64,000 bases of DNA from Chloropicon primus. Lineage: Eukaryota. Under the pieces are notes generated by a model that was given only the letters and a program-made list of their open reading frames with translations, searched no databases and was not told the origin of the DNA. The position numbers and the translations under genes are program-made. Position 1 is the stretch's first letter. Every line of letters begins with the position of its first letter. The DNA is taken from the NCBI GenBank assembly GCA_023205875.1, contig CP060759.1, forward strand, positions 806,001 through 870,000, in the 5' to 3' direction. Shown here piece by piece: positions 52,436 through 62,850 of the stretch.

Positions 52436-53797
52436 TTACAATGCGGCAGCGGTGTTGTTGACAATGGTGCCGACGGCGAGGGGGATGCCTTGGGCGTGGT
52501 GGAACCTGGAGTTGCTCTTCCCGTTCCCGAAGAGGAAGGAGGATAAGCCCAAGTGCTGGACGAGAGAAACTCTGGTCATGAAGCAATCCTTGGGGTGCCA
52601 CACGCAAAAGTAGCCTATCTCCATGTCGCCGTTCTCCACCTCCTTCTTGGACTCCGCGTTCTTCAGGAACCGTTCGAGGAAGCCCGGGCCAAAGAGCATG
52701 GACTGGGATCCCCTGTTAAACCAAGTCCCAACGCCGCCGACCAGCGTGTCCTCCAGGCACCCCTTGTACTGCTTGTTGACGAGGGGCATCACGGTCTGAA
52801 GCCCCCCCTGGACCAACCCCCTGTTCTTCGACTCTTCCAGGTCCATGTACTCCCCCAACTGCTCCCGGGGAATGACGCTGCCCAGCGTCGTGTCGGTGGC
52901 CTCGAAGTCGGAGGCCTGGTAGAGCTTCACCAGCTTGTCGTCCCCCATGCAGTTGATCCAGTGCCTCACCTTGTCCTCGAACCCGGGAAGCACTTCCGTG
53001 TCCCCCTCCAAGAAGACGGTGTGGGCCTTCCTGCCCCGCTGGGTCCTCAACGCGCTCAGGAACGCTGGGCCCGCCCTCGTGTTCGGCTCGCTGGGCTTCC
53101 AGCTCCAGTTGCTGGGCTCCATCAGGTGGACGACGTTGGGGGCAGTCGCGGCGTTGCACTGGACGGTGAATTCCCGGATGATCTCAAAGTCCCGCTCGCT
53201 CTTCGCGCCGTTCCAAATGACCGAGACGCGCTCCGGCTTGGTCGTGGCGACGATGGACCACAAGCAATTGCACAGAAGCAAGTTGGAGTTCTGCTTTCCC
53301 TTCACGTCGTTCATGCTGGTGAGGACGACGATGTCGTACCCCTTGCTCTCCCCGCCCTCCGAGCTGATCCCCGGGAACTGCCTCTCGGGGACGCCGCTGG
53401 ATCCCCGGGACAGGACGTCGTACGTGTCGCCCGACGGGCTGATGAGGGAGCCGTTGCTCCAGCCGGCCGCCCCAGGCTTGGCGCTGCCGTCGGACGGGGC
53501 CCTGCTCCACTGGGCCTCAACCTCCTTGGGGTGCCCGGCGGATCCCCCCACCGAAAGGGTTCGGATCATCCCCGGGGGCTCGTCCCCCGAGGCTGGAAGC
53601 CCCCTCAAGCTCTGCAGGACCAAGACGAGGCAGGCGCTGAGCAGCAGGGCGGTGGCCACGTACATCAGCTTCGCTGGGCGACGCCCGTTGTTCAAAGAGG
53701 CCCTCGAAAGGCGGTCCATCAGAACGTACCCCTTGTAACCCCTCCCCGCCGGCCCGCCAGGAGGCCCCTTCCCCCTCGTGCTCCTCTTCTCCATCAT
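52436..53797 (-). CDS. Type II membrane glycosyltransferase-like protein (GT-A fold, MGAT4/GT54-like motifs)
   Basis: N-terminal TM anchor and stem, VFLEGD (DxD-like position), SLVQHLGLSS C-terminal motif. Confidence 0.55.
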   Translation of the reverse strand: MMEKRSTRGKGPPGGPAGRGYKGYVLMDRLSRASLNNGRRPAKLMYVATALLLSACLVLVLQSLRGLPASGDEPPGMIRTLSVGGSAGHPKEVEAQWSRAPSDGSAKPGAAGWSNGSLISPSGDTYDVLSRGSSGVPERQFPGISSEGGESKGYDIVVLTSMNDVKGKQNSNLLLCNCLWSIVATTKPERVSVIWNGAKSERDFEIIREFTVQCNAATAPNVVHLMEPSNWSWKPSEPNTRAGPAFLSALRTQRGRKAHTVFLEGDTEVLPGFEDKVRHWINCMGDDKLVKLYQASDFEATDTTLGSVIPREQLGEYMDLEESKNRGLVQGGLQTVMPLVNKQYKGCLEDTLVGGVGTWFNRGSQSMLFGPGFLERFLKNAESKKEVENGDMEIGYFCVWHPKDCFMTRVSLVQHLGLSSFLFGNGKSNSRFHHAQGIPLAVGTIVNNTAAAL

Positions 53798-54082
53798 CCG
53801 TCCTCGATGTACACGTCCGAACCTCGAGTGGTTCGCCTCCCTCTCCGTAACCGTGACTCCTCTCCCGCCCGCCAGACGACGACCACCAAACGAAAGACCG
53901 CGACTTCACCCGCCACCCTGCCCAACCCCTCCAACCAATCCCAACGCTCCCTCCGTCGTCGCTTCAGGTTCCGCCCCACGTTACCAGAAGTGTAACTGCC
54001 ACCCCCGGCGCTCCAACTCCATCTCCTCTCCGCTCGATTTTATCACGAACCAGAGAGAACCAGAGAAAACCAGAGAGAGGTT

Positions 54083-54111
54083 GAGGTGAGGTGAGGTGAG
54101 GTGAGGTGAGG
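54083..54111. repeat. (GAGGT)n microsatellite
   Basis: About 6 tandem units. Confidence 0.85.
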
Positions 54112-54514
54112 CCTCGGGAGACACGGAGGGCACGGGGTGGAGGTGTAAGGGACACACGAAGCGTCGTCGTCGTGTCTTCGTCTTTCGAAAGAGCGCCCCT
54201 CGCTTGAGGGCATTGCATTGACGCACGCGAAGACTGACACGAGGGAAGAAGGTTTCGCCCTCGCTTGATCCTGGCTGGCGTCGGAGCAGACCCCTTGCGG
54301 GAGAAGGTGCGTGTGCGGGCGCAGGGGTGGGACCTAAAACGCGAGTGTCTCTGGAGGGGAAGTGGAGGGACTGAACGAGACTTGCTTTGGTTTTGTTTTG
54401 TTTTGTTTTGGGGTGTCGTCGCGACTTCGTTTTCGCCCAGGGAACGAGCGAGCTCACTGGGGAGGAAAGGGCTCGAGGTGAGGCCACGCGCAAGGGGGGT
54501 CTGTGCGCGTCGCG

Positions 54515-56605
54515 ATGAGGACGGCGGGTCCGCGAACGGACTGCGACGACCTTCCACCGCCACCGCCACCCCAACCTGCTCCTGCGGGCTACGGTTCGTT
54601 CCACCAAGCCTTCTACGGGCAGAACACCGACCGCCAGCACCACTACTTCGAGGCGGGGGGCGGGCACCAGCACTCAAGGGGGAGGGATGGAGGCCACGAG
54701 AGGCCCAGGTCCACGAGCAAGGGCGGCGGGAGGCACCGGGACTATGGCGACGACCGGGACCGGGATAGGGATCGGGATAGGGGTAGGGATCGGTGCTGGG
54801 ACCGGGATCGGGGCCGGGATCGGGGCCGGGATCGGGGCCGGGACCGGTATCGGGACTACGAGGAGGACTACGGGGCCGACCGAGAGCGGGACCGGGATCG
54901 GGGCCGGGACCGGTATCGGGACTACGAGGAGGACCACGAGTACGACCGGCGCAGGAGCAAGAAGAGGCACCGGTCGAAGGATCGCGGCGGCAAGAGACGG
55001 GGCTCGGAGGATGGTGGTGGGAGGAGGAGGAGGAGGAGCAAAGGGGGGAGGGACTACGACGACAGAGACATTCGGTACGATGACAGAGATATTTGGGGGG
55101 GGTCGGAGGGTACCAAGGGGGAGGAGGCCGCCCTGCAAGAGAGCGACTTCAAGAAGTTTTGCACGACAACGGATGACGGTTTGGCCATCCTGTCGACCGC
55201 CCTCGAGACCGGAAACAAGAGTGTCTGGCTGGATGGCTTTTTCGCCCGGAGCTTTCGAAGCATCTTGAACGACGCGCACAGGTGCACGCTCGATGGCGGC
55301 GTTCCCATGGGGGACGATTTCAGGGACGAGCCAGAGAGCGAGCTCCTCTCAAAGTTTCCAAGCTTCTTTGAGTGCCTGGCCAGGGGAATCGGAGGGCCTC
55401 CGAAGTACATGAAAGATGGTTCGGTGGAGTATCCTGAGCTTCAGGATCAAAATCTGCCGGAGACTTACAAGTTCTTGAACACCACGGAATTGCCAAAGGC
55501 AGACGAAGAGCCAGGTGCGGGACCGTCCTCGACCAGGTCTGCGGAAGACCCCAGAAGTTCCGTTGCCGCTGCCGATGAGAAGACCAATATAGCTTTCCCT
55601 CGATATGTCTTTCTGCCTAGGTTTGAGGACCCGAAAGACTCGGGCGGGAAAGAAAAAGAAGGCAAGGAGAGGCCTGGGCTACCCGCACCGGGTAATAAGG
55701 TCAAGGCCCTTTACTTGACGCCCGCTGCGAGTAGGGTCCAACTGCTCAGCAACGACGGGCTGGACTTTGAAGAGTGCGACTGGTATTACGTGCAAGCCCA
55801 AAAACTTGTGGGGCCCCACTCCATGTTCGCCCTCAGGGAGAGAGCGTTCAGGGGGGAAATTCCTTGGGGCATGGCCTTGAAGACCAAGAACAGTAGCTGG
55901 ACATTTTTGCAGCCTGATCACCACAGCAGCGACAGGCGCAGACTAATGCACGACTCGGATGATTTCTCGAAATGGGTGACCGGGAAGCTGGAGGTGGAGA
56001 GCGAGAGGCACCGTATCAAGGAGAAGCGTGCGACGGCGGCCAGCCTCCGTCCAGAGCTGGTGCACGGATATGTCCGGAAGAGCATGCACAAGAGCATCCT
56101 CAAGGAATGCGAGGGAGCTCTCGATGCCTTGAAGAAGGAGGTGCTCGGCAGCCTTCCTGAGAAGTACCCGAGCTTGCCCCTTCAGCCGCTTGCGCACGAG
56201 GTGAAGGTGGCGATACCGGAAGCTGCGGATCCTGCGCCGAAGCGAGGGCGGGATCAGGGGGTCCAAAACCTGCAAATCAGAAGGTTCAGAATTCTGCCTC
56301 GATGGGAGATGGTGCAATCTCGCGTCCGCACAAACCCCCCATCCTCGAAGCCGGAGCCGAAGAAGAAGGAGGAGCCGAAGGAGCCGAAGACGGAGCCGAA
56401 GAAAGAGCCGAAGAAGGAGCCGAAGACGGAGCCTCATCCTCATGTGAAGGCCGAGAAGACGTCGAGCAAGTCGTCCTTGCCACCGACGAAGAAGGAGAAT
56501 GCCGCTACAGGGGAGAAGAAGCAGAAGAATAAGGGGGTGGCCAAGAAGGAGTTGACGGGGAAGGAGAAAGCGAGGATGGGAAGGAGAAGGAGGCTTGCAA
56601 GATAA
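54515..56605 (+). CDS. Nuclear protein with RD/RG repeats, GYF-like domain and KEP repeats
   Basis: DRDRGRDR repeats; WYYVQAQKLVGPHSMFAL GYF-like motif; both ends uncertain. Confidence 0.6.
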   Translation: MRTAGPRTDCDDLPPPPPPQPAPAGYGSFHQAFYGQNTDRQHHYFEAGGGHQHSRGRDGGHERPRSTSKGGGRHRDYGDDRDRDRDRDRGRDRCWDRDRGRDRGRDRGRDRYRDYEEDYGADRERDRDRGRDRYRDYEEDHEYDRRRSKKRHRSKDRGGKRRGSEDGGGRRRRRSKGGRDYDDRDIRYDDRDIWGGSEGTKGEEAALQESDFKKFCTTTDDGLAILSTALETGNKSVWLDGFFARSFRSILNDAHRCTLDGGVPMGDDFRDEPESELLSKFPSFFECLARGIGGPPKYMKDGSVEYPELQDQNLPETYKFLNTTELPKADEEPGAGPSSTRSAEDPRSSVAAADEKTNIAFPRYVFLPRFEDPKDSGGKEKEGKERPGLPAPGNKVKALYLTPAASRVQLLSNDGLDFEECDWYYVQAQKLVGPHSMFALRERAFRGEIPWGMALKTKNSSWTFLQPDHHSSDRRRLMHDSDDFSKWVTGKLEVESERHRIKEKRATAASLRPELVHGYVRKSMHKSILKECEGALDALKKEVLGSLPEKYPSLPLQPLAHEVKVAIPEAADPAPKRGRDQGVQNLQIRRFRILPRWEMVQSRVRTNPPSSKPEPKKKEEPKEPKTEPKKEPKKEPKTEPHPHVKAEKTSSKSSLPPTKKENAATGEKKQKNKGVAKKELTGKEKARMGRRRRLAR

Positions 56606-56831
56606 CTGGTTTCGGTTGCAGGTGGTCCAAGACCGGATGCATAGGCTGCAACAAAGAAAAGAAGAGAGCACATGCAAGCGAAGAAGGGGAGAGAGAAGGA
56701 TGCCAGCAATTAAATGCGCTCGCGAAGGTTTTTTTGGATTATGGGATTGCAAAGAATGTAAAGTTACAACAAAATTCATCGCTCCGTTTTGTTTCCTTTT
56801 ATTCGGCGGTGGTCGTCGCGATTGATTCTCT

Positions 56832-57983
56832 TCAGGGGAGCTCGCCCGTCCTGTACGTGCCCCTGACCTGGTACCCGGACGTCTTGCACCTCACGTACTC
56901 GAGCGGCTGGTTCCCCTCCCCCTGCTCGCTGATGTGCCAGATCGCCCGCCCCACCTGCTGGCCCTCCACGTTCGTAAAGTCGTACGCCACAGCCTCGGGC
57001 TGGGGCTGGTGCAAAACGTTGCTCGCGACCTTCTCCTCGAACCTTATGGTGGAGAAGTCGAAGGGCTTGTCGAACGCGTAGGCGTACGACCCGCCGTCGT
57101 CCCCCGTCCTGACGATCATTTCCTCGCCCGTGGGGTGGAGGTCCGCCCCCGTGATCTTCCAGCCGTTCGGGTTGTAGATCGTGTTGACCAGCCTCAGGGG
57201 GATCTTGGCCCTCGACGGCACGCTCGTGAGGTTCTGCGACGTCTCGTAGATCCTCGCCGGCGTGTGGTGGTAGTCCCAGTGCAGCCCGTGCCTCTTCTCG
57301 ATCAGCCAGGCCTTGGAGCCGTCCGGGGACACGACCATGGCCTCCGAGTCCATGGGGATGTCCGGGTACTCCCCCGTGTCCGGGTACTCCACCTCGACCT
57401 CGAACACGTCCTCGGCGTCCAACTTCTCGTACCCGCCGTGGTCCTCGATCCGGGGCTCCGGCACGGCCATCAGGTAGAACCTCCCCCCGCAGTCCCGGGA
57501 CCACGGCTGCCCGTTGCTCTGCAGCCTCGCGCAGTTGTCCCCGATGTCCCCGGCCCAAAGGCAGTACCCCTCCCGGTGCGGGCACCGGGAGAGCGCGATG
57601 TCCTCAAAGTCCGGGCTCTGCTCGTGCCTGTCGGTGTACTCGTCCAGGTCGACGCGCGCGACGATCTCCCCGGGGGGGTCCGAAAGCAGCGAGATCGCGT
57701 ACAGCCTCGAGTGCTTCCCCGAGTCCTCGTGCGTCCACAAAATCCCCTCGTTCGCCACGCTCGACACGATCCCGGACGCCTCCGCGACCTTCCGGCTCCG
57801 CACGTACGCCACGTTCACCGGGTCCTCGTAACCGTTCTCGCACACCACGGACGCCCGGACGCCGCCGACCAGCCCGAGGGCCGCGAAGACGACGAAGGCC
57901 AGGCGCGCCTTGAACGCGAGGGTCACCGTCATTGTGCTGAGGTCTCGACCCGCCGCCATCGTCGTCGTCGTTGTCGTCGCCAT
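56832..57983 (-). CDS. Secreted bacterial-like beta-propeller protein of unknown function
   Basis: Signal/TM segment; EASGI..S...LWTHEDSG, DFEDIA, GDIGDN, DSEAM, ITGADL, QPEAV motifs. Confidence 0.65.
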   Translation of the reverse strand: MATTTTTTMAAGRDLSTMTVTLAFKARLAFVVFAALGLVGGVRASVVCENGYEDPVNVAYVRSRKVAEASGIVSSVANEGILWTHEDSGKHSRLYAISLLSDPPGEIVARVDLDEYTDRHEQSPDFEDIALSRCPHREGYCLWAGDIGDNCARLQSNGQPWSRDCGGRFYLMAVPEPRIEDHGGYEKLDAEDVFEVEVEYPDTGEYPDIPMDSEAMVVSPDGSKAWLIEKRHGLHWDYHHTPARIYETSQNLTSVPSRAKIPLRLVNTIYNPNGWKITGADLHPTGEEMIVRTGDDGGSYAYAFDKPFDFSTIRFEEKVASNVLHQPQPEAVAYDFTNVEGQQVGRAIWHISEQGEGNQPLEYVRCKTSGYQVRGTYRTGELP

Positions 57984-58279
57984 CTCGCGCTCAAAGGTGG
58001 CCCTCCGCCGCAGGCCGTTCGTTCGATTCGGAGAATCGAGAAATCGAGAGGGAAGAATTTTCGTTTTTTGTAACGTCCCGAGCGTTTCCTCGGACACCAC
58101 GAGAGACAGCAGGGAGGAGCGCGAGCACTGGTGGGCCGTGAGTTTTGGTCCACTCGATCAATCGCTCGAGGAGGAAGGCGACCACCGGGACGACGTGCGA
58201 GCGCGCTCGTTCTTTCGTTCCCCCCCCCTTTCCCTTTCCCCCCTTCCCCCAACCGGGAGCGGTCCGGAGAGAGAGAGAG

Positions 58280-59923
58280 ATGACGATGTCGGAGTCCGAG
58301 GCGTCGGAGAGGGAGAAGGTCATCATGGAAGACGATTGGGACCACCCCAGGTTCCGACGCCGGGGGTCCTCGCTCTGCACGAGGAGGAGGCTCTGCAGTC
58401 TTGCTTGGATCACGGGGGCGGCCGCCCTGGTCGTCGCGGCGTGCCTCTACCTGCAGGTCTTCCGTGGCTTCGACGAGAGGAGCCGGCTCGGCCCGAGCTC
58501 GAAGCCGACGCCGCCGACGCCGCCGCGCTGGCCCGTCCGGGAGAACCAGTTCGTGAGCGTGTACGAGGGCGACTTCGTGCTGGTGGAGGACCTGGCTGCT
58601 GGCGCGGAGGGCGAGGCCGCCAACGCCACGACCGCCCCGAGGAAGGACTGCCAGTCCCTGTACCTCACGGGCTGGAACGCTTGGGACATCACGAGGGCGG
58701 CGAGGATCTCCCCGAGGAACCACAAGACGAGGGGCGGCCTGACGGGCGAGGAGGCAGTGCGCCTGCAGTTCCAGGAGGCGAACGCCCTCGGGCTGAACGT
58801 GGTCAGGGCCTGGGCGCACACCGTGGACCCGGCGTACCGGGTGATGGTGAGTCCCGGGCTGTACGACGAGGCCGGGCTCGAGGCGATCGACTACGTGCTG
58901 CACCAGGCCAGGGAGAGCGGGGTCAGGGTGATATTGTCGTTCGTGGACAACTGGAAGTACCACGGGGGCGTGGACGAGATGGTGGACTTCAGCGAGACGG
59001 CCCCCGAGCGGACCAGCGAGAGGCCCACGGACGAGAGCGGCGACTTTGACCAGGTCTCCCTGAACGAGACGGTCAAGGAGTACGAGGTCAGGAGGCACGC
59101 CCTGTTCTTCACGGACGAGGGCTCCAGGGAGGTGTACAAGAGCCACGTCCGCGAGCTGCTCAACAGGCGCAACGCGTACAGCGGGGTGCTGTACAGGGAC
59201 GACCCCACCGTGTTCGCCTGGAACCTCATCAACGAGCCGAGGTGCGAGAGCTGGCTCGTGGAGGGCTGCGAGGCCTCCCTGCAGGAGTGGATCGAGGAGA
59301 TGTCCCTCTACGTCAAGAAGCTGGACCCGAACCACCTGGTGACGGTGGGCGGCGAGGGGTTCTTCGCGGGGCCCTCCAAAGACGGGAGCGCGCCCGAGGG
59401 CGCGCTGGACGGGATCGAGGCCGCGAACCCTGCGGGCTGGGCGGCGCAGACCGGGCAAGACTTCGTCGCGAACCACCTGCCGGAGACCATCGACTTTGCC
59501 ACGATCCACTTGTGGCCGGACAACTGGAACCAATCCTCCAGGGGATTTCAGGAGAACTGGATCAACAAGCACGTGGAGGTCGCGAGGGAGGTGCTGAAGA
59601 AGCCCGTCATCGTCCAGGAGTTCGGCAAGAAGCTCCCTGGCGGTTCGGCGGCGCAAGGCAGGGATCTGTCGGAGAGGGACCAGGTGTACGAGATGGTCAA
59701 CGGCATCGTGGAGAGCAACGTCGCCGATGGAGGCGCACTCAAGGGCTCCCTTTTCTGGAATTGGGAGCTGGATCTGATGGTCGGCGCCGCGGACGATCCC
59801 TACACCCTGCAGACGACCGACTCGACGTTCGGGCTGGTGGAGTCCCACGGCCTGAGGATGCACAACTTGAGCGCGAGCAGCATCTACTCGTGCGATGACT
59901 TTGAGCGGCACCCTCAGTACTGA
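58280..59923 (+). CDS. GH5 endo-beta-1,4-mannanase-like, membrane-anchored
   Basis: GLNVVRAWA, YRDDPTVFAWNLINEPR (acid/base Glu), IHLWPDNW, VQEFG (nucleophile Glu), LFW. Confidence 0.9.
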   Translation: MTMSESEASEREKVIMEDDWDHPRFRRRGSSLCTRRRLCSLAWITGAAALVVAACLYLQVFRGFDERSRLGPSSKPTPPTPPRWPVRENQFVSVYEGDFVLVEDLAAGAEGEAANATTAPRKDCQSLYLTGWNAWDITRAARISPRNHKTRGGLTGEEAVRLQFQEANALGLNVVRAWAHTVDPAYRVMVSPGLYDEAGLEAIDYVLHQARESGVRVILSFVDNWKYHGGVDEMVDFSETAPERTSERPTDESGDFDQVSLNETVKEYEVRRHALFFTDEGSREVYKSHVRELLNRRNAYSGVLYRDDPTVFAWNLINEPRCESWLVEGCEASLQEWIEEMSLYVKKLDPNHLVTVGGEGFFAGPSKDGSAPEGALDGIEAANPAGWAAQTGQDFVANHLPETIDFATIHLWPDNWNQSSRGFQENWINKHVEVAREVLKKPVIVQEFGKKLPGGSAAQGRDLSERDQVYEMVNGIVESNVADGGALKGSLFWNWELDLMVGAADDPYTLQTTDSTFGLVESHGLRMHNLSASSIYSCDDFERHPQY

Positions 59924-60003
59924 GAGAGCGAGAGAGAAAAAAATTGATTCCACCACCATTTATAACGCTTTTAATAACGACGATCGATAAACGACGATAA
60001 CAT

Positions 60004-61659
60004 TCACAGCTTTCTCATGTCGATGTCGTCGTACAGATCGTCCACCTTGTACTCCGCCATCTGCAACTCGGCTTTGAACCTCCTGGCAGAGTCTGTGGCG
60101 ACTCCCACGAGGATCAGCAGGCTCGTGCCGGCGAACCCCCTCAGGGCGGTCACGTCCGTCAGCGCCTCGACGATTCCCGGGGCCAGGGCCAGTCCCCCGA
60201 GGAACAAGCTTCCGAGCACCGACATCCTCTCCAGGGACTGGGAGATGTACTCCGAGGTGCTCTTCCCCGGCCTGATGTTCGGGATGCTGGCCCCCTGCCT
60301 CTTCAGCTGCTGGGCCAAGTCGTCCGGCTCCAGCTGGAGGAAGGTGTAAAAGTAGTTGAAGAACGCGATGAGGATCACGCTGAGGGGGAGGTAGAACTTC
60401 CCTCCCGGCCCGAGGGCCTGGGCGACGGTTCCGATGCCTTCGATGTTCGTGAACCTGAGCAGGGCCGAGGGCACCGCCAGCAGGGACGAGGAGAAGATCA
60501 CCGGCATGACCCCCGCTGAGTTGACCTTGAAAGGCAAGTAGGACGACTTGGACAAGCTGCTGGAAGCCGTCGAGTACCTCTGGGCGTAGTTGATCGGTAT
60601 CTTGCGCTCCGCCTCCTGCACGTACACGATTCCGGCGCAGGTGAGGAGGAAGCTGAGGGCGTAGACGAGCGGGGCCCCCCCGTTGCCGTCCCCAGACCCT
60701 TGGGCGAGCAGCTGACCGATGCTCGTCGGCACGCTGGAAGCGATATTCACGAATATCAGCAAAGAGGTCCCGTTTCCAAGCTTGAGCTTGCCCATCTCGT
60801 CGCTGATGGCGATGAGCGCGGCCGCCCCGGCCGTGAGGGTGATCACGCTCGTGACCAGCCACTGGAAACTAAAGTCGTCCACGTAGGGCCTGATGTAGAG
60901 GCACTGGCCGACTCCCTGCGCGACAGCAAACCCGAGCGCCGCGGTCTTTTGGTACCTCTCGAACTTCTTCTTCCCGTACTGCCCGTCCTCCCTCTGCATC
61001 GTTTTCAGCGAGGGGAACACGCTTGTGAGGAGCTGGAACACGATGCTCGCGTTGATGTACGGCACGATGCCCAGGGAGAACACCCCGACCTTGGAGATGC
61101 TCCCCCCGCTCAGCGTGTCGATGTAGCTCAGCAGGCCTCCCTGCTGGACGGCTTCCCCGAAGGCCTGGGTATCGACGCCGGGAAGCGGGATGTAGACCCC
61201 GGCTCTCGATATTGCGATCAGGATCAGCAGCTGCAGGATCTTGTCGGGGAGCTTGGAGTTGAAGAAGTTGTCGGAGAAGTTGCCGTTGCCCGACGACGAC
61301 GACCCCGAGCTTGACGACGACGCCCTCGTGGACACCTTCCGAGACTCGAGCGAGCGCACGAACTTGTCGTGCTCCTGCCAGTCGGGAAACCTGGACCGTT
61401 GCTTCAGGCCCAGCGGGTCGAACTGCCAAAAGTCCCCCGCGTCGCCCGACTCCCCGGACTCGCCACGAACCTCGAGGTCGCTCTCCGCATCGACCCGCCG
61501 TCCCGCCGTCCGACCGTCACTCCACGTTCCCGCACCCGCCCCACCCGTGCTCCAAGACAGCGCTCCCGCGACGTGCCTCCCCGCACTTCGCCCCCTCCAC
61601 CCGCGACTCTTCCCGCCGCCGCAGCCCCTCCCCCCTCGCGCGCAGCCCCTCGCCAGCAT
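60004..61659 (-). CDS. secY: Chloroplast preprotein translocase SecY (SCY1)
   Basis: SLGIVPYINASIVFQLL, LGNGTSLLIF, LPFKVNSAGVMPVIF, IRPGKST, GTSLLILVGVA; transit peptide. Confidence 0.95.
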   Translation of the reverse strand: MLARGCARGGRGCGGGKSRGWRGRSAGRHVAGALSWSTGGAGAGTWSDGRTAGRRVDAESDLEVRGESGESGDAGDFWQFDPLGLKQRSRFPDWQEHDKFVRSLESRKVSTRASSSSSGSSSSGNGNFSDNFFNSKLPDKILQLLILIAISRAGVYIPLPGVDTQAFGEAVQQGGLLSYIDTLSGGSISKVGVFSLGIVPYINASIVFQLLTSVFPSLKTMQREDGQYGKKKFERYQKTAALGFAVAQGVGQCLYIRPYVDDFSFQWLVTSVITLTAGAAALIAISDEMGKLKLGNGTSLLIFVNIASSVPTSIGQLLAQGSGDGNGGAPLVYALSFLLTCAGIVYVQEAERKIPINYAQRYSTASSSLSKSSYLPFKVNSAGVMPVIFSSSLLAVPSALLRFTNIEGIGTVAQALGPGGKFYLPLSVILIAFFNYFYTFLQLEPDDLAQQLKRQGASIPNIRPGKSTSEYISQSLERMSVLGSLFLGGLALAPGIVEALTDVTALRGFAGTSLLILVGVATDSARRFKAELQMAEYKVDDLYDDIDMRKL

Positions 61660-62007
61660 CCTTGGCACGAGAGAGAGAGAGAAAGACCCGTCCACCAATC
61701 AAAGTCAGCGACCCCTGCCCAATCCTGGCCCGAAAACTTCGAGAGAGGGGTCAGTCGAAAGAGCAAATCAAGGGCGGTTCCGCTCGCGTCCTCCCCCCTC
61801 CCTTCCCTTTCCCCCGCCTCGTCCCTGACTCACCTCCGCGTCGTTGTGAGCCTCGTCGTGTTGTGAGCCACAAGCGCCAAACCTTCTTATCCGGTTCGGG
61901 GCACAAGGAGCGAAAGAGCGAGGAGCAGCTGTCGACGAGGGAGGGGGTCCTCGGGAGGGGAGGGGGATCAGACAGAGGGGCCCGGGTGGAGGGGATCGCG
62001 CGACGCG

Positions 62008-62850
62008 ATGCGCGGCGGCCTGGGTTGGAAGGGGAATCGTTATTCCCGGAAAAGGTTACGACCACCCAAAGGGAAAGACATGCTTTTGTCACGTGGTCGC
62101 GTGGTGGTCGCCCAGGGGAGGAGGAGGGGGAAGAGGGCGGGGGAGAGGGCGACCGCTGTGGCGGGGGAGGCCGCGGGGAGACTCGCGGAGCGTCCAACGG
62201 TGTCGTGTGGGGGGGGCGAGGACCCCAATGCGGGATCGACGGTGTCGTGCTGCATCGTGCTGCAACGGCCGGAAGGCACGAGGTACCACATCCGCCTGGC
62301 GAGGGACTTGAGCGAGCTGTACCAGGTGGCGATGCTCAGGGCCGAGTGCTACTACGAGGATCGCCCTTTCACTCGCTTCGTGGAGAACTTCAAGATAGAG
62401 TACGCCAGGGCCGAGTTCAGGCGCTTGAAGAGCCAGAAGGTAGCGACTTGCCTCGTGTGCGTGGACTTGGACAGCGAAGCGGGGGGGCTGAACGTCGTGG
62501 GGACGATAGACGTGTCGGATCTCTCCCAAGTCTCCGGGAAGGTGGGCGTCTCGAGCGTTCAGAGCGGCGACGCGGTCTTCGGCAGCTACCTCTCCAACTT
62601 TTGCGTGAGGCCGGGCCGGCGCCGGCGCGGGTTGGGGAGCCTGCTGCTGGCTTGCGCTTCCCACGTCCACCTCGCGTGCGACCGAGCAGTTGCGCACAAC
62701 GTTTACGCTCACGTCAATCGGGACAACGCCAAGGCCCTGCTGTTCTACGCGACCGAGGGGTTCAGCGAGGTCCAGGGGGCCAACTCGTCGTCGTCGTCGT
62801 CGTCCGCTCTGGTCGGGGATTCAAAGCTGTTGATGAAACATTATTATTGA
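62008..62850 (+). CDS. GNAT-family acetyltransferase
   Basis: YLSNFCVRPGRRRRGLGSLL acetyl-CoA motif, HVNRDNAKALLFY...GF; start at 62008 or 62080. Confidence 0.85.
   Translation: MRGGLGWKGNRYSRKRLRPPKGKDMLLSRGRVVVAQGRRRGKRAGERATAVAGEAAGRLAERPTVSCGGGEDPNAGSTVSCCIVLQRPEGTRYHIRLARDLSELYQVAMLRAECYYEDRPFTRFVENFKIEYARAEFRRLKSQKVATCLVCVDLDSEAGGLNVVGTIDVSDLSQVSGKVGVSSVQSGDAVFGSYLSNFCVRPGRRRRGLGSLLLACASHVHLACDRAVAHNVYAHVNRDNAKALLFYATEGFSEVQGANSSSSSSSALVGDSKLLMKHYY

Noticed and set aside
54747..54950. Regular GGGACCGGGATCGG-type repeats resembling an array
   Set aside because: It is a coding RD/RG low-complexity repeat, with no unique spacers and no cas genes, so not CRISPR.
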